A stretch of DNA of 50,965 bases, filler included, from Sphacelaria rigidula (Eukaryota), in the NCBI GenBank assembly GCA_964200075.2. It is 3 parts of 3 records of this genome, joined end to end, with 100 filler letters (N's around TTAATTAATTAA, not from the genome) between each part and the next. Parts side by side here need not be neighbours in the genome. Positions count along the whole stretch, not along the records: positions 17,025 to 33,946 come from CAXNAA020001217.1; positions 34,047 to 50,965 come from CAXNAA020001218.1; 1 more part is not named here. One strand, written 5' to 3'. The notes beneath the pieces were generated by a model that was not told the DNA's origin, did not search any database, and worked only from the letters and a program-made list of their open reading frames with translations. A program made the position numbers and the translations under genes. This document shows positions 23,301 to 35,382 of the stretch, piece by piece; the stretch's first letter is position 1, and each line of letters opens with the position of its first letter.

Positions 23301-26300
23301 CAACGTTGCAAACCTGTTCCGACTGACGTACCTCTCTCCGGCCCTTCCCCGATTTTTTTTGTCAGGCAACTGTGGTGATGGACAAGCAGACACAAAAGTC
23401 GAAGGGGTACGGGTTCGTGACATTCAAGGGGATGGACAGCGCAGCTGCTGCCCTGGAAAACCCAGAAAAAATGATCGATGTGAGATTGATTCGTATCGCG
23501 TAACTAGCCCCTCACTTACCGTCTGCGAAGAACGCGAGATTCGATTGTATGCCTTCGAAAACAATGTGGACGTTTTGTTCCGCCGTCGAGTCTTTTTTGG
23601 TCCCGGTGTATCCTTTCCAGCTAGTCGGATAATACCTAATCTCCGTCCAGTATCATTGAATTCGCTGTGTGGATGTTTTTATCTCCGGAGGTCTCGAATC
23701 CTCCGGTTGTGTGCGTGCCACTCCTCCTCGCGAAGTCCGCACTTGGCTAGGACACCATGCATACCTTTCATGCAAGAATTCCGTGGATCAGAGTCAAAAT
23801 TGCGGTAGAGTCATACCCGGACAACATCTACTGTGCTGAAGTGATTGACTAGCATTGACTCCCCTCGCTCGCTCCCTGTGGTTCAACCGAATTTTATCAG
23901 TGCACAACCGCTTCCCTCACCGTGAAGCGATCGTCTTGGGAAATGTGTTGACGTGCAAGGGTTGCATGTCGACGGTGTCGGATCATGGTCTGCCGGTATG
24001 GGTGTGTGTCATCCGTCATTCCTTCGACAGACGACCGATGTTGACAACTCCTTGACTCATCACGTTGAACGGCATGGTCCACTACTATACCATCAAGCAC
24101 ATGGTTCCCATTTGATTTGCACGAGATCATGACAGAAGATTGCTCAACATTCTGTATCGGCGCAGCTACGCTATGACTCCGTGGGCGCGCTGAAGGTTCA
24201 GCTTCATTTGGGGGTTTTGGGTTTGAAACAGTTTTTCTGAAAAGCCCAAAATGAGGACAAATTTATGGGAAAGTTACAGTGTGCTCGAAACGCGCATATA
24301 ATTGCGATATTTTTTCATGCACCTCCTGTAGCATTGTATTAGCTGCCCGAAAGTGCCATGGCCTATGGCGTGACCCGTCACTCGTCACCACCAGACGGGC
24401 TTCAATACTCCCAAATGTCATGGTTGCGGGTCTGATCCGAAAAATATTTCCATGTATATTCCATACATGTGATGCTAAGGCCAATTCTTACGGGAGCGTT
24501 CGTAATTTTATCTTGCAACAGTTTGAGAGGAGCTTTTTTTTATTTGTCATTTTTTTTTCAACAATTTCGGAGGATTTTTTTTCATTGTCATGGTGAACGG
24601 GCACAAAATACATGACCATGGCCAAGAAGAAAAGTCGTTGAAAATTATCGCGAAATAAAATTCTAAACGCTCCCGTAAGAGTTGGCCTACGTTGAATTGA
24701 AGAATGTTACACGGTTAGGACCAACCATCACGACTCAAAATCACCGAATTCACGATTTCTTCGGCCTGATTGCCCAAAAGAAAGAAGTTGATCGCTGGTC
24801 CAAAAGGGGTATCCAAGCAACTTTTGCGGAATTACACGTGTCTGGGCTGCGTGTACCTGGGTTGCCACGCTGAAATAAAGCTCGGGGATTGATTCGTCAC
24901 GAGTCGACTCATCATACGAGCCGGGCCAGCCGAGAAGCAAATTCTGCAGTTTTCAGGCCGATTATACGGCCAATACTTGGGGTTGTACCCTGAAATTTGG
25001 TATGGACAAAAAGTAGGGCATGATGAAAAAAATTACTGGCGTACACGATGGATTTTTTTTGCATGAGTTGAAAGCATTTTACCGATATCTGAAAACTGAT
25101 CATTGCCTTTGACTCATGAAAAAGACAAAAATCCCTTGTGTACGCCAGTGATCTTCGTCATCATGCCCTACTCGTGGTACATCCCAAATTTCAGGATCCA
25201 ACTCTGAGTATTGGCCGTATAATCGATCGTTTAGTGATGGTAGGAAAAATTCGGAACAGTATTTTGCAGGCCATTTACCGGCCCACGTGTGGTCTCTGTG
25301 TATTGAAACTTTGTGTGGGGCGTGGCTAGGGCATAATCAACAAAACAAAGCTGGTCAGGTTGATTATTTTCAATTTTTTCCACTGGTTTGGGGCTACTAT
25401 GGTGAAGATCATATTTTACGAGAACGCCCGAACCCCTATGAAAAAAACAATGGAAGGCTCACTTTTATTTTAATTCGGCACTCTTCGGTGTCCATACCGA
25501 AATTGGACATCCGCTAAATGCATCCTCGATCGGGAGTTTCATGGAGATTTTAGAATCGACGCTATCTCCCCTAGGTATAGGAATTACTTGACATGAGGTT
25601 TAATCAACGAGGACACATGGGCCCAAACTTTTGAGCAGATGGGCACCTTCCCCTTGGATTGAACGATTAATACGATATGCGGATCACGGCCCAACTCGTC
25701 TGTGTCGATGAGATATTGCTTTTAGAGCTTTGATCCGTTTTTAGGCTGGCCCAGCTCGTACCAGAACCAAGTAATTTTCAGACGACTCATTATTTGTCCG
25801 ACCCTTGAAATGTCATGAAGAGTTTTTCAAAAACTGTGCTAAGAAGCCCATTGTACATCGTACAGCGTACAACCTACAGCATTTTGGAGGGATTGTCAGT
25901 GAAAGCAGCAGCCAAGTTTGTAGCCAGTAATTCGCTGGGCGGGTGACCAATGACTCGAATATCCTCTGTCCAGGGGTTGCAATGCCCCACTTCCGCATCA
26001 TGTATCATGAGTGTACGACTATAAAGCGGCACCTGTTCTTTCGATGAAGAAGGTGGTTCAGAGTGGCCTTCGCCTTGATGACCAGAGGAAGGTCTCATGA
26101 AAAAATGGAGTAAAACTTGGAAACTTGTAATTCCCATTTTTTTGTCTTCTCATGCTTGAAGGCGCGCCTCGTAAGAGGATTCTGCAACAACCCCACAACG
26201 ATGACGCGGAGGAGGCGTATACAGGACGCACATTTTCGCTGTGAAAAGCTTCAAACGAGGCCTCACACCTGGGGGATGGGGATACGAAGAAACACGGAGC

Positions 26301-29300
26301 TTGATTTGAAAATAAAAACGGGCTCATGGAGCTCGAGTCCAGGCGCAGCATGACCTCTAGGCCTATGTTCCCCTGATAGGTATTCATCTAAAAAACGAGT
26401 CGTTCATGATATCGATATGGCATTCATACAACACAGCTTCTCCACGTATTTTTACAACCTGTAATTAACACGACTTCGCTTCTTCGCCATGTGTTGTACA
26501 TATTGACGACTAGCTGCCCACACGCATGCGAATACTCGTGCGCAATTTGTACATCCTTTCACAACTTCTCTTTGTACTTGAAAAACCTTCCAAACTTATC
26601 CTGATGACTGCTTCATGGTAACTGAGCTTCGACGCATCTGTCATACCGTCGACTTCATTCGTTCCCCCAGGGCCGCTTGAGCTTGTGCAATTTGGCTGCC
26701 CTACGCTCCACTCAGCCCTTGCCGCAGAGGATGGCCATGCATCAAGGTGCGGGCCTTGGGATGGCGATGGCGGGATCTGGAGAGGATGTCAGTGCCAGGA
26801 AGATCTTCATCAGGGGACTTTCGTGGTGAGGAAAAGCGCACGACTCAAAAAATACAACTGACCCTCGCTTCGTTCGAATGTCGCATCGCGTAAACGTCAC
26901 GGAGTATCTTGACGTAAAGAATATCTCTCGTGATTCGGTTCCAAGCCAAATCATGAGCAAATTGCTCGGGGGGCGCTCGTTTCTTCCGTGAACAATGACA
27001 CTCCACTCTTGTGCAGGCGCACGTGCTGATCTCGCATGTCTTACGCTGCTCGTGTAATATTCGTTTCGACGAGTCGTTTGATGGCAATTTGATGAAAACG
27101 TCTCGGCCCCGGGACCAATATTTGAGCAATGTTGAGCTCACCTCAAATGCTGGAAGTCATGGTTTTCCAGCTGTCACCTGTGATCATGACTCCAAAATAC
27201 ATGAAATTTTTGAAACGTGTCACGAAACCCTGGCTCATGTAGTATAAAGAAGCGCTCGTTCCACTCATGGTCCCGGCGTTCGGCCCGGGGCCTATCTGAG
27301 AACATTTGATACCGGTGGGTTGAATCGGCACCAACTTACCTCTCATCGGTTGCGTACTTTTAACATGGAGTCGAGACCAGCGGGAGTATTTCTGGATGAC
27401 TTCCCGTCTGCTTTTGTCGCACTGTTGTAACGCAGTTGGGGTAGCACCCCCATCGCACGTGGCTTGACTCCCAAGTTTGACTTGATGAAGAGTTTTTCGC
27501 CGAGTTTGTCTCCGTTTCTAGTCATGAAGCATGCCGTCAGTTTCCGATCAAGCAACGCATTTGATTTTTGCAGGGACACCACAACAGAAACTTTACGCCA
27601 AGTATTCTCTCAGTTCGGAGAGCTGGAGGATGCCATCGTGACTATGGACCGTCACTCGAATAAGTCAAAGGGCTACGGCTTCGTCACATTCCGCTATGCT
27701 GCCAACGCTGCCGCTGCGGTTGTGGAGCAGGAGAAACAGATCGATGTGAGTACCTTTGCGCAGCTTCCCACTGCCCGTGCAATTGAAGCGTGCTTGTCGA
27801 AGGTGGTGAATATCGAGAAAAACAAGCCCATGCTGTTGATTGTAGATTGTGCGAATTTTTCAACAGCACGACTGGAGTATGTTGATGGAATACTTGACTC
27901 GTACATGGTTTAAGTATATTATCTGCTGATTTTTCCATCTGCGCACTCTTTCGACGCATCGAAAACATGCGCATCGACACCGCGCCAGGCGTTGGTGAAG
28001 ATGCTGGGTTTTCGAAGTACGGAACTTTTAGCTGGCCTCTCCACCGATGGTGCTCCCCATGGAGCGGGAGAAGACGTTTCGCAGCACGTCAGCCGAATTC
28101 CTGAAGAATCTTGATGAACGAAACGGAGATGCAAATAAGGGAGGGGTGTACTCTCTGATCGTCAACTCGTTGCCACCTGCACATCTTTCACAGCGAACTG
28201 AGGACAACTTGATATGAATTACGCGTGCTATCATTCCGATAACTGCTTGAGAACAGACGGGGTGAAGTGCAGTCATGATGACTGTGCCCTTCGTTTGCTT
28301 GGAATATTCTGGTGGAACCGCTGCTGTGGCGAACGCAGGGTATCCAGTTGTATGTACAATACCTCACGTGAGCAAACGTTGTTATGCGCGAACAGGGCCG
28401 CCTTACTCACTGCAACATTGCCGCAGAGGGATCTTCAAACAGGGGGAAGCACCAAAACTACGGCGCCCAAAATGCCCAACAGTGGGGAATGGGACAGCAG
28501 CAGTACCAAGCTCAAGGTGAGTTGTCTTCGTCCGATTCTGCTCTCTTCACACCAGTGGTGCCGGGTATGCGCTTGATATCATCACGTTGTTCCACTTTCG
28601 CATCGCCGATAGGGAAAAGCCGCTAAACCGACCATTCGCCGCAACTCGGATAACCCACCCAGGTCAAGGGTCGGGGCAATGGGGTGCTGCCGCTGTGCAA
28701 GGGTATGGAGCTCAAGGTCAGTGGGGACAGCAGTACGGAGCTCAGCAACAGGTGAGATGACATCTTCGCTGGCGTTATATCTAGATGGAATCGCTTCGCC
28801 GAGATGGAAAAACCACACGCACAACGTGATGCTCAAAAGAGGGAAAAAAACATGCCCACCTCACATTGTTGAATCTCCTTCTATATCTGGACACCGGTTA
28901 GTTTGATGTTCGACAAGGCAGCCCCCCCCCAGGTCGAAGTGGAAGAAGTGATAACTCGTCCATGACGTTCCGATGCGGACATTCCAACCTCTGCAAGAAG
29001 TCAGTTGAAGGTCCGAACAAGTTGGAATGTTATTAAAACCGAAATTGTTTTTTCCCGACACGGAAGGGTCGAATCCAGTACCACTGCCATGAAGCCTAGG
29101 TAACAGACGGCAGGTCGTGGTGTAGAGTGTAATATCCGAGCTCAGTCTGTCCCAAACCAAGTATCATTCTTCCTAAAGGCGATCAATACTTGGGTGCCAC
29201 CCCAACTCTGTACATACCGAAACACCGTATGCAGCACGACATCTGTCCCGGCTCTCTCCAGCGCCCACCGCACCGTGATCGTGGAGTGTTTGACTGCAGA

Positions 29301-31721
29301 ACAGCACAGCTACAACTACAGTATATGAATGGGTTTGGGAAGCGCATTGTTCGCTTGAGTCGAGATGAAATAGCCAACACACCATGAAAGTGTCAACAGG
29401 AACGGTGTCTAAAGTGCACCACGTGTTGACACAGGGTTGACGGTATGATTTTTCGAGGAGACGAACGACCAAACCGTCTTCGAGAAGGTCTTGAGACACC
29501 ACAGCGCAGCGACAGCTACACCGCAAGAGACAACCTGAGTGTGTTTGTGCCGCAGCACAGTGATACAGGATATTGCCCATGCGATAGTTCTTCCCCTGAT
29601 TTCGGATGAGCTCGATGTTGGCCAAATGGCGGTTTACAAACGCTGGGCCATAACTGCGCTTTTCACGCGAAGCGAGATCATGGTCAAGCGTTCAAAAATT
29701 GGATCTCGGGGCAAAAAATGAGCACCCGCTCAAAATGAGGGGAAGAACTATTACATAGCATATCAAGGCAGACAGCTCCTGTCATCAAACGCGTGGGATA
29801 CAGCAACTCCGTGCTGGCTCAGTTTGTTCGCCACAACGTGCACGCGTCCGCCTTGCGTGTCTCCTCCGATCCCAGCACCCGATTACAGCTGAAGTACGGA
29901 CGGGGACGCCACAGACAGCTGCACAGTGCAGTCGTCACGTGATGGTTTCATCGGTTCACCTTCGTGTACAGACAGTAGCTATTGTAGCACTTTAATCTCA
30001 CCCCAGTTCGGTGCTGACCGGAACATCGCATGTAGCATTACAACTTTTCAGGCACTCTCCAGGGCACATCACACCATGTTCGTCGTGAAGTTTTCAAACG
30101 CACAACAGCACAGCGACAACTACAGCGCCAAAATGGTGGGCGTGGGAAACGCTATGTTCGTTTCATGGAAAACGAAACAGCCAACACACAACAGACAACT
30201 ACACACAGTAGTGTATAGATAGCACTGCGTACCGAAAAACATCTTACCTCATTTTCTGTAAGAACCAAGGCAGTGACGGTAAGTCAACTGACGGAATCCC
30301 AGCGGACACCAAACCGCTCTCGTGAAGGTCCGACCACACCACACCACACCACACCACACCACACCACACCACACCACACCACAGTGATGGGCGACAACAC
30401 ATGAGGGAGCGTGAGTATGTTTGTGCTGCAGCACGGTGAGGAAGCAAATGTCCCATGTCATAGTTCTTGCCCTCATTTTGGACGGATCCTCAATTCTTGC
30501 CGAGCGCCCATTTTCGAACACTCAGCCGTGCTGGCGCTCCTCGCACAAATCTTGCAACTCACCTTGAGTTACCCTCATCTGTGAGAGGTGAGTAAATGAA
30601 GGTCTCATGCTGTATCACATGCGTGCAAGCCGTATGCACGTTGCGGTTGTTTCATGCTGTTCGAGCTACTCGCTGTCCGTGTCAAGTTGTGCTCAACACT
30701 TATTTTTTGTGCATGATATATGCTGCTGTGCTGACTCCACGAAAACACTCGGTTCTCGGCATGTGGCCTCGTGTGCGCCCTACGTGCGATGATGGAGCTG
30801 GTGTGGCATGTGCCGGTGGAACGGGAAACCCTCCGGGCCCTTCAGCCACTAGCATGTATATCTAACAAACCAAACCGAGGGAAGACCATAATGCCTTTTT
30901 GGCTGCGAACTTTGGGGGCAAATATGCCCCCCAGACCATAGTGATCCAAACCGTGATGCGGCCTGGCCGGAAATGTTGGCCAAAAGGAAAGCCCGAGCCC
31001 AAGACCCACACTTGGTCTTTACATCACCGAAGTCGGTTGGCTCTTGAGAAACTTGTTGTTGAACCGAAATGGAAGACCGGACCCCATTTTTGTCTTGCGC
31101 AAATACCCCCGATAAAAAACAAACCCGATCGGACATTGTTGGGGGCCCCTACAAATTCACGTACCTTTTCTTATGGGACAGAGGAGGTATATTGCGAGCA
31201 AGGCGCATGTAACACGATGCAATCGCCCCAACGCAAACCGACGGCATCGTGACATTATGTACAAATACCGGTCTGTTGCCATCTTGATCCCCTGCAGCGC
31301 TGGTGACCACGCATGCGGTACCCGAAGTCCGCCTAGTATCAATATAGACTAACCGACGACACGTGTAATGAAATCTTGATTTCTCAACAGCCTCGAGTGA
31401 GCACCGGGTTCGGGGCGAAAATAAGGGATATACGTTTTCCTCTTGATGGCAAGTTGCAGGGGTGTCCGTTATTTGAAGAGACTTTCCACCAGCACGCGTC
31501 CCCAGGCGGTACTGAAAATACTGCACTACTAATTGTTGCGTTCAATATCTGCTGATCTACCGCATTGGTATGTTCGCGAACGAAAGGCTGGATATGGCAA
31601 CGGTGGTTATGCTACTGGTCAAAGTGCTGCATACGGTACCAATGGAGCGGCCGGAGCTTATGCCGCTGGTCAAACCGCCGGAGGAGCGGCAGCTTGGGGT
31701 GGTCAGCAGCAAGGTTACTAG
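20348..31721 (+). CDS. Two-RRM RNA-binding protein, UBP1-associated protein 2-like (hnRNP A/B-type), ~365 aa, 9 coding exons
   Basis: Phase-consistent GT-AG exons: 20348-20508, 21132-21189, 22108-22200, 23366-23479, 26671-26825, 27574-27745, 28396-28516, 28663-28751, 31587-31721 (1098 nt including TAG). The protein reads MADNFEDPSKKRRLDEDG..WLKPLNNEQLFKLLLD; RRM1 RKIFVRGLPWETT..KSKGYGFVTF; RRM2 RKIFIRGLSWDTT..KSKGYGFVTF; then a G/Q/Y/A-rich tail. A probable 5' UTR intron acceptor lies at 20332-20333. Confidence 0.92.
24491..24675. mobile_element. 185-bp TA-flanked MITE (Tc1/mariner-like)
   Basis: TA|CGGGAGCGTTCGTAATTTTAT..ATAAAATTCTAAACGCTCCCG|TA. Confidence 0.7.
24710..24910 (+). repeat. 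Interspersed repeat family C (CACGGTTAGG terminus)
   Basis: CACGGTTAGGAC(C/A)AA(C/T)CATCA(C/T)GACTCAAAATCACC.AATTCACGA.TTCTTCGGCCTGATT also occurs at 16863-16924 (scaffold end) and, more diverged, as the reverse complement at 34047-34230 (scaffold start). Confidence 0.8.
24959..25225. repeat. Long fold-back element (~120-bp imperfect inverted arms) in RRM-gene intron 4
   Basis: CGATTATACGGCCAATACT..GTAGGGCATGATGA..ACTGGCGTACAC is mirrored by GTGTACGCCAGT..TCATCATGCCCTAC..AGTATTGGCCGTATAATCG. Confidence 0.85.
29180..30574 (+). mobile_element. Two adjacent copies of a long-TIR non-autonomous DNA transposon (family D, ~0.9 kb) in RRM-gene intron 8
   Basis: Copy 1 (5'-truncated) spans ~29180-29665 and copy 2 spans ~29668-30573. 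Inverted ends are CAAAATGAGGGGAAGAACTAT / ATAGTTCTTGCCCTCATTTTG, with terminus ..GAGTTACCC. The body is shared with 45480-46262. Confidence 0.75.
30333..30383 (+). repeat. (CACCA)~10 microsatellite
   Basis: Directly visible pentamer array inside a family D element. Confidence 0.95.
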
Positions 31722-32918
31722 ACATGCGGATGAGGAAGGTGTAGGTCATCTGCTACCCAGCGACCTTCACACACACATGAACTTTCCTGGAAGCTCAAGC
31801 ATGGCTCCAGGCGTCCCGTATCTTCATGAGGGCTGATACTAAACAAATTGAATACCATAAGTGGGGTGCTTGATTTTTTCGGGTTGGAGCGCATCATTCA
31901 AGCAGTGCACAATTCTTGATATCTTTTCCGTCAGCACCTCTCGGTCTGGTCGAAACTGATAACTGTGAGCTATCATTCACCATGCTCCACTGATTGTAGA
32001 ATGTAGTCAGGTCTGGTGGCGTCCTGTTTTGATGTTTTGTCTTCCGTCAATGATCTCCTAAAGGGTGTAGAATGGAGTTGGTGCGTCTAACGCTACCGTG
32101 TTTTTGATTGGGGCTGGAACTGAGGGCGCAATGAGAAAGGGCACAACACGTCGTGTACGATGTTGGCGTTGTGTTCTTGTTGACATTCGTCGCCTACTTT
32201 TTCCCGTGTCATTGGAGTGTTGTTTGCGTTAAAATGATGATCTTCTCAGGCTTACCATCGCCCTTCCCGCCGACTTATACCGGTCGGTATGACATGTCGA
32301 CAAGAATAGTGTGTTTTCCGTAACTGCCATCGGTGACTTCTGCTGCTTCCGTTTGTGCTGTGGGAAGTGTCGCCGATGACATGTCGACGTATCGCTGTTC
32401 AAATTGTATAATGCATATTCGTACGTTTCAGGGATACGAAGCCTAAACCTCTTTCAGATGGGTGGAGGTGGAATGATTTGGTTTGTCATATTCCAACGCG
32501 AAGCGCGTTTCCGACCAGGGTCCAATATCGGCACTCGATTGAACGCCTAGCCATGGTGTCCCCTGCTCTCTCTTGGGTGAAACACAAACAAAACGCTGCA
32601 CATGTCCTTGCTTTTATGTAGTTGTCGCTTTACTGTGGTGCCCGCGAATCCCACGAACACGGGGCGACGTGCACTGGAGAGGGCCTGAGCTACTGTATAT
32701 CTGCTGTCTTGCGGTCTGTACAAACTTGGTGTTGGAATTATGGGCTGTCTATCGAAAGTCACGAGAATTAAATGATGGCTGCGTAGCCGTTCCCGTGTGT
32801 CTTCGGTGTTCCGGATGTGGCATGGTGGGCGGGTGCTGTAAGCGGGGAAGATACAAGGCGGAGGGATCCAGGGTGGTGTAAGTATACTTGGCCATTATGG
32901 ACACGCGGATCTACATCA

Positions 32919-33734
32919 ATCCATTGTCGCAGCTCTTTCGAGGCAGTGAACATCTTCATCGATCAAGGCATTTTGCAGCTCGTACATTTCGCAACTGTCA
33001 TGAAATTCTCAATTCATAAAGTTTGGTGGGGAACAAGAATTCCGAACAGATATGTTGTGTTTTCAACCATCGAACTTGGGCCGAGGACACGGAAGGATAA
33101 CGGATTTTTCGCTTCTGGGCGCGGCGTTGCACGCAGACTCACCACCTACAACGTACCTACAACCTTCCAGTGCCTCAGCCTCATGCCCAAGGTTTCTGCC
33201 TGGGCAACATGTCCGACCATTTTCCTTCTCAAGTGTTGCCAGGCTGAAATATGGCGTAGCAAATGAGAGTCTGCAACGGTATCTTTCTTGGTGAAAAAAC
33301 CGAAGAGGACAGCGTGGTCGTCGTGTCGGAGAGAGGAGTGCTGATCGAGAGCGGCTTTCATCGTTCACTTTATTTAACCCAATTTTTTCGTTCCGTGTGT
33401 GGCTCTCTTTGCCTCGATCACTAGTATGTGCCTTCAGCTACACGTCGATACCTCTCTCACGGATATCGAAGGTCTCATCGGCAAGGTACTACTCCAGGTG
33501 TATCGGGTGTGACAAGTGAGCATTTCGCAACGGAAGAGATCGTAACCTCTACTCACCCTCACGAATAAATCGTTGAGGGTACATACACGCTGCCCTCTCC
33601 CGAAAATATAGAGCGATGATCACAGAGGTGTTCCCTTTATGTATTTTGCTCTCCTTGGCCACATTTCGGCAAGGTATACCTTGGGTACTCTAAAGAATCC
33701 TTTTTCGGCCATACCCTGTCTGGATCACTGCAAC
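32919..33734 (-). CDS. Possible 3' exons of a hypothetical gene convergent with the RRM gene
   Basis: Candidate phase-compatible exons at ~33734-33679 (CSDPDRVWPKKDSLEYP), ~33243-33155 (TTTCAG|..LATLEKENGRTCCPGRNLGHEAEALEGC|GTACGT) and ~32994-32919 (CEMYELQNALIDEDVHCLERAATMD*). No recognisable homology, and another frame is also open. Confidence 0.25.
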
Positions 33735-33946
33735 CTTGTGTGTTGCAGGCGATGAAAAGGACGTCGTGAGAAGAGGCCAAGTAGAGACAAATGACGAAAC
33801 CCTCCCTTGATAAATGCTCTACTAATACTAGTAACTTTTCGTGAGATGGACGTGTTGCTGCGACGATTGAGGGTAGATCAACGTAAGCTCCAGATCGCAG
33901 CTGACGCACCCCTCTGCACGATGCTAGCATTAGTTAGGTCACCACT

Positions 33947-34046
33947 NNNNNNNNNNNNNNNNNNNNNNNNNNNNNNNNNNNNNNNNNNNNTTAATTAATT
34001 AANNNNNNNNNNNNNNNNNNNNNNNNNNNNNNNNNNNNNNNNNNNN
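33947..34046. other. Artificial scaffold-concatenation spacer
   Basis: Identical N44-TTAATTAATTAA-N44 structure. Confidence 0.97.
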
Positions 34047-35272
34047 CAATCCCTAGGCTTTGTTTTCGGCGTTGCAACCTAGGTACACGCAGCCCAGACA
34101 CGTGGAATGACGCAAAAGTTGCGTGGATACCCCTTGGACCAGCGCTCCACTATTTTCTCCCTTTTGGGCAACCAGGCCGAGGAAATTGTGGATTTGGTAA
34201 TTCGACCCGTGATGATTCGTCCTAACCGTGAAAAGTACTACCGCACTTGTGAAGTCTTATGAAATAATTTTCAGTCGACACGACACCATGGACCACAACA
34301 GAAATCCGACGGGGGGAAATTTGGTACGTCGATGCCGGCTGTTCATATCTCCAAGAACTCAAAAAGCTGAGCGCTGGCATATACGCGTGGTATCCGCCCG
34401 GGCTTGTCGGGGACGGGTTGTCTCCTCAATTTGGTGTAGAGTTTGTTGGGCTTTTGGCTTTGAAAAATAGTGGAAATGTCACGAACACACTTGGAAAGTG
34501 AATCTCGGCGAAAACAGAACCTTAGGGCACAAAAGCAAGTTCAAGGGGCATTTCTGGCTTTTTGATTTCCGCAATATATGTTCACCATCTTACGGGAAAA
34601 TTACAGGTGCTACGCTCGTTTTTGAGCTCTACTAGGCACACCATGTGCAAAGGTGCGCATTGAATCAACGCTTCGTGAATTGGCGTGGAATCGTCGACAA
34701 GTTTGGGATTTCCCATAGGATCATCGAAAATTTCAGCCTACGGTGAATAAAAACGCCAACTTATTCGTCTATTGTCGTGTCCTTTCATATGCGGTCCCAC
34801 ACTGGGTGATAGATGCGCCCATGTTGTTGGTGCTTTTGTCACGCTGTTGACACATTAATGACATGTGAGGTGTAGTAGGTGAGCAAAAACTGTTCATCAT
34901 GAATCAGCCCTTTCTCCATCCAATTCATGCCTTGAGCACCCCAGGGTCATGTCCCATCGCAAAACAGACGATTTTCTCGAATGACTGGAAAGAGTATATC
35001 ATGCATACATATATTATATATGTATGCGATTTTGACGAAAACGCGTCGTGCGCATGCCAGGAGCACGTGGGGCCGACAGCCCCAAGCAATGAAATTCCGG
35101 GAAAGTTTGAATCGACCAAGTGGTAAACTTGAGTGATGTTGGATTGCTCATATTGAACGGTTGCAAAGGTTATTGGCTGCCGAAAAACACTGAGTGGCAC
35201 AGAGTATGAACCACGTATACTACTGAGTACTCCATGATATGCAGATAATTGACTACACGAAGTACTGAGAAC

Positions 35273-35382
35273 TTAATCCTTGCGCCGCGGTGCAGGTAGT
35301 CCATCTGGATCACGCATACTTTTTTCAAGTGAGTATTGATGCCGATTCAGCAGGTGACCTACTCTCGCCGTCCAAGGGTTAA
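35273..35382 (-). mobile_element. Family-A piggyBac-like MITE with intact TTAA target-site duplication
   Basis: TTAA|TCCTTGCGCCGCGGTGCAGGTAGTCCATCTGG..CTACTCTCGCCGTCCAAGGG|TTAA. Confidence 0.85.

Noticed and set aside
24912-25329. Two similar ORFs on opposite strands (YAS..HHALL.VH.KFQ) as a duplicated gene pair
   Set aside because: They are simply translations of the two arms of a fold-back repeat inside an intron.
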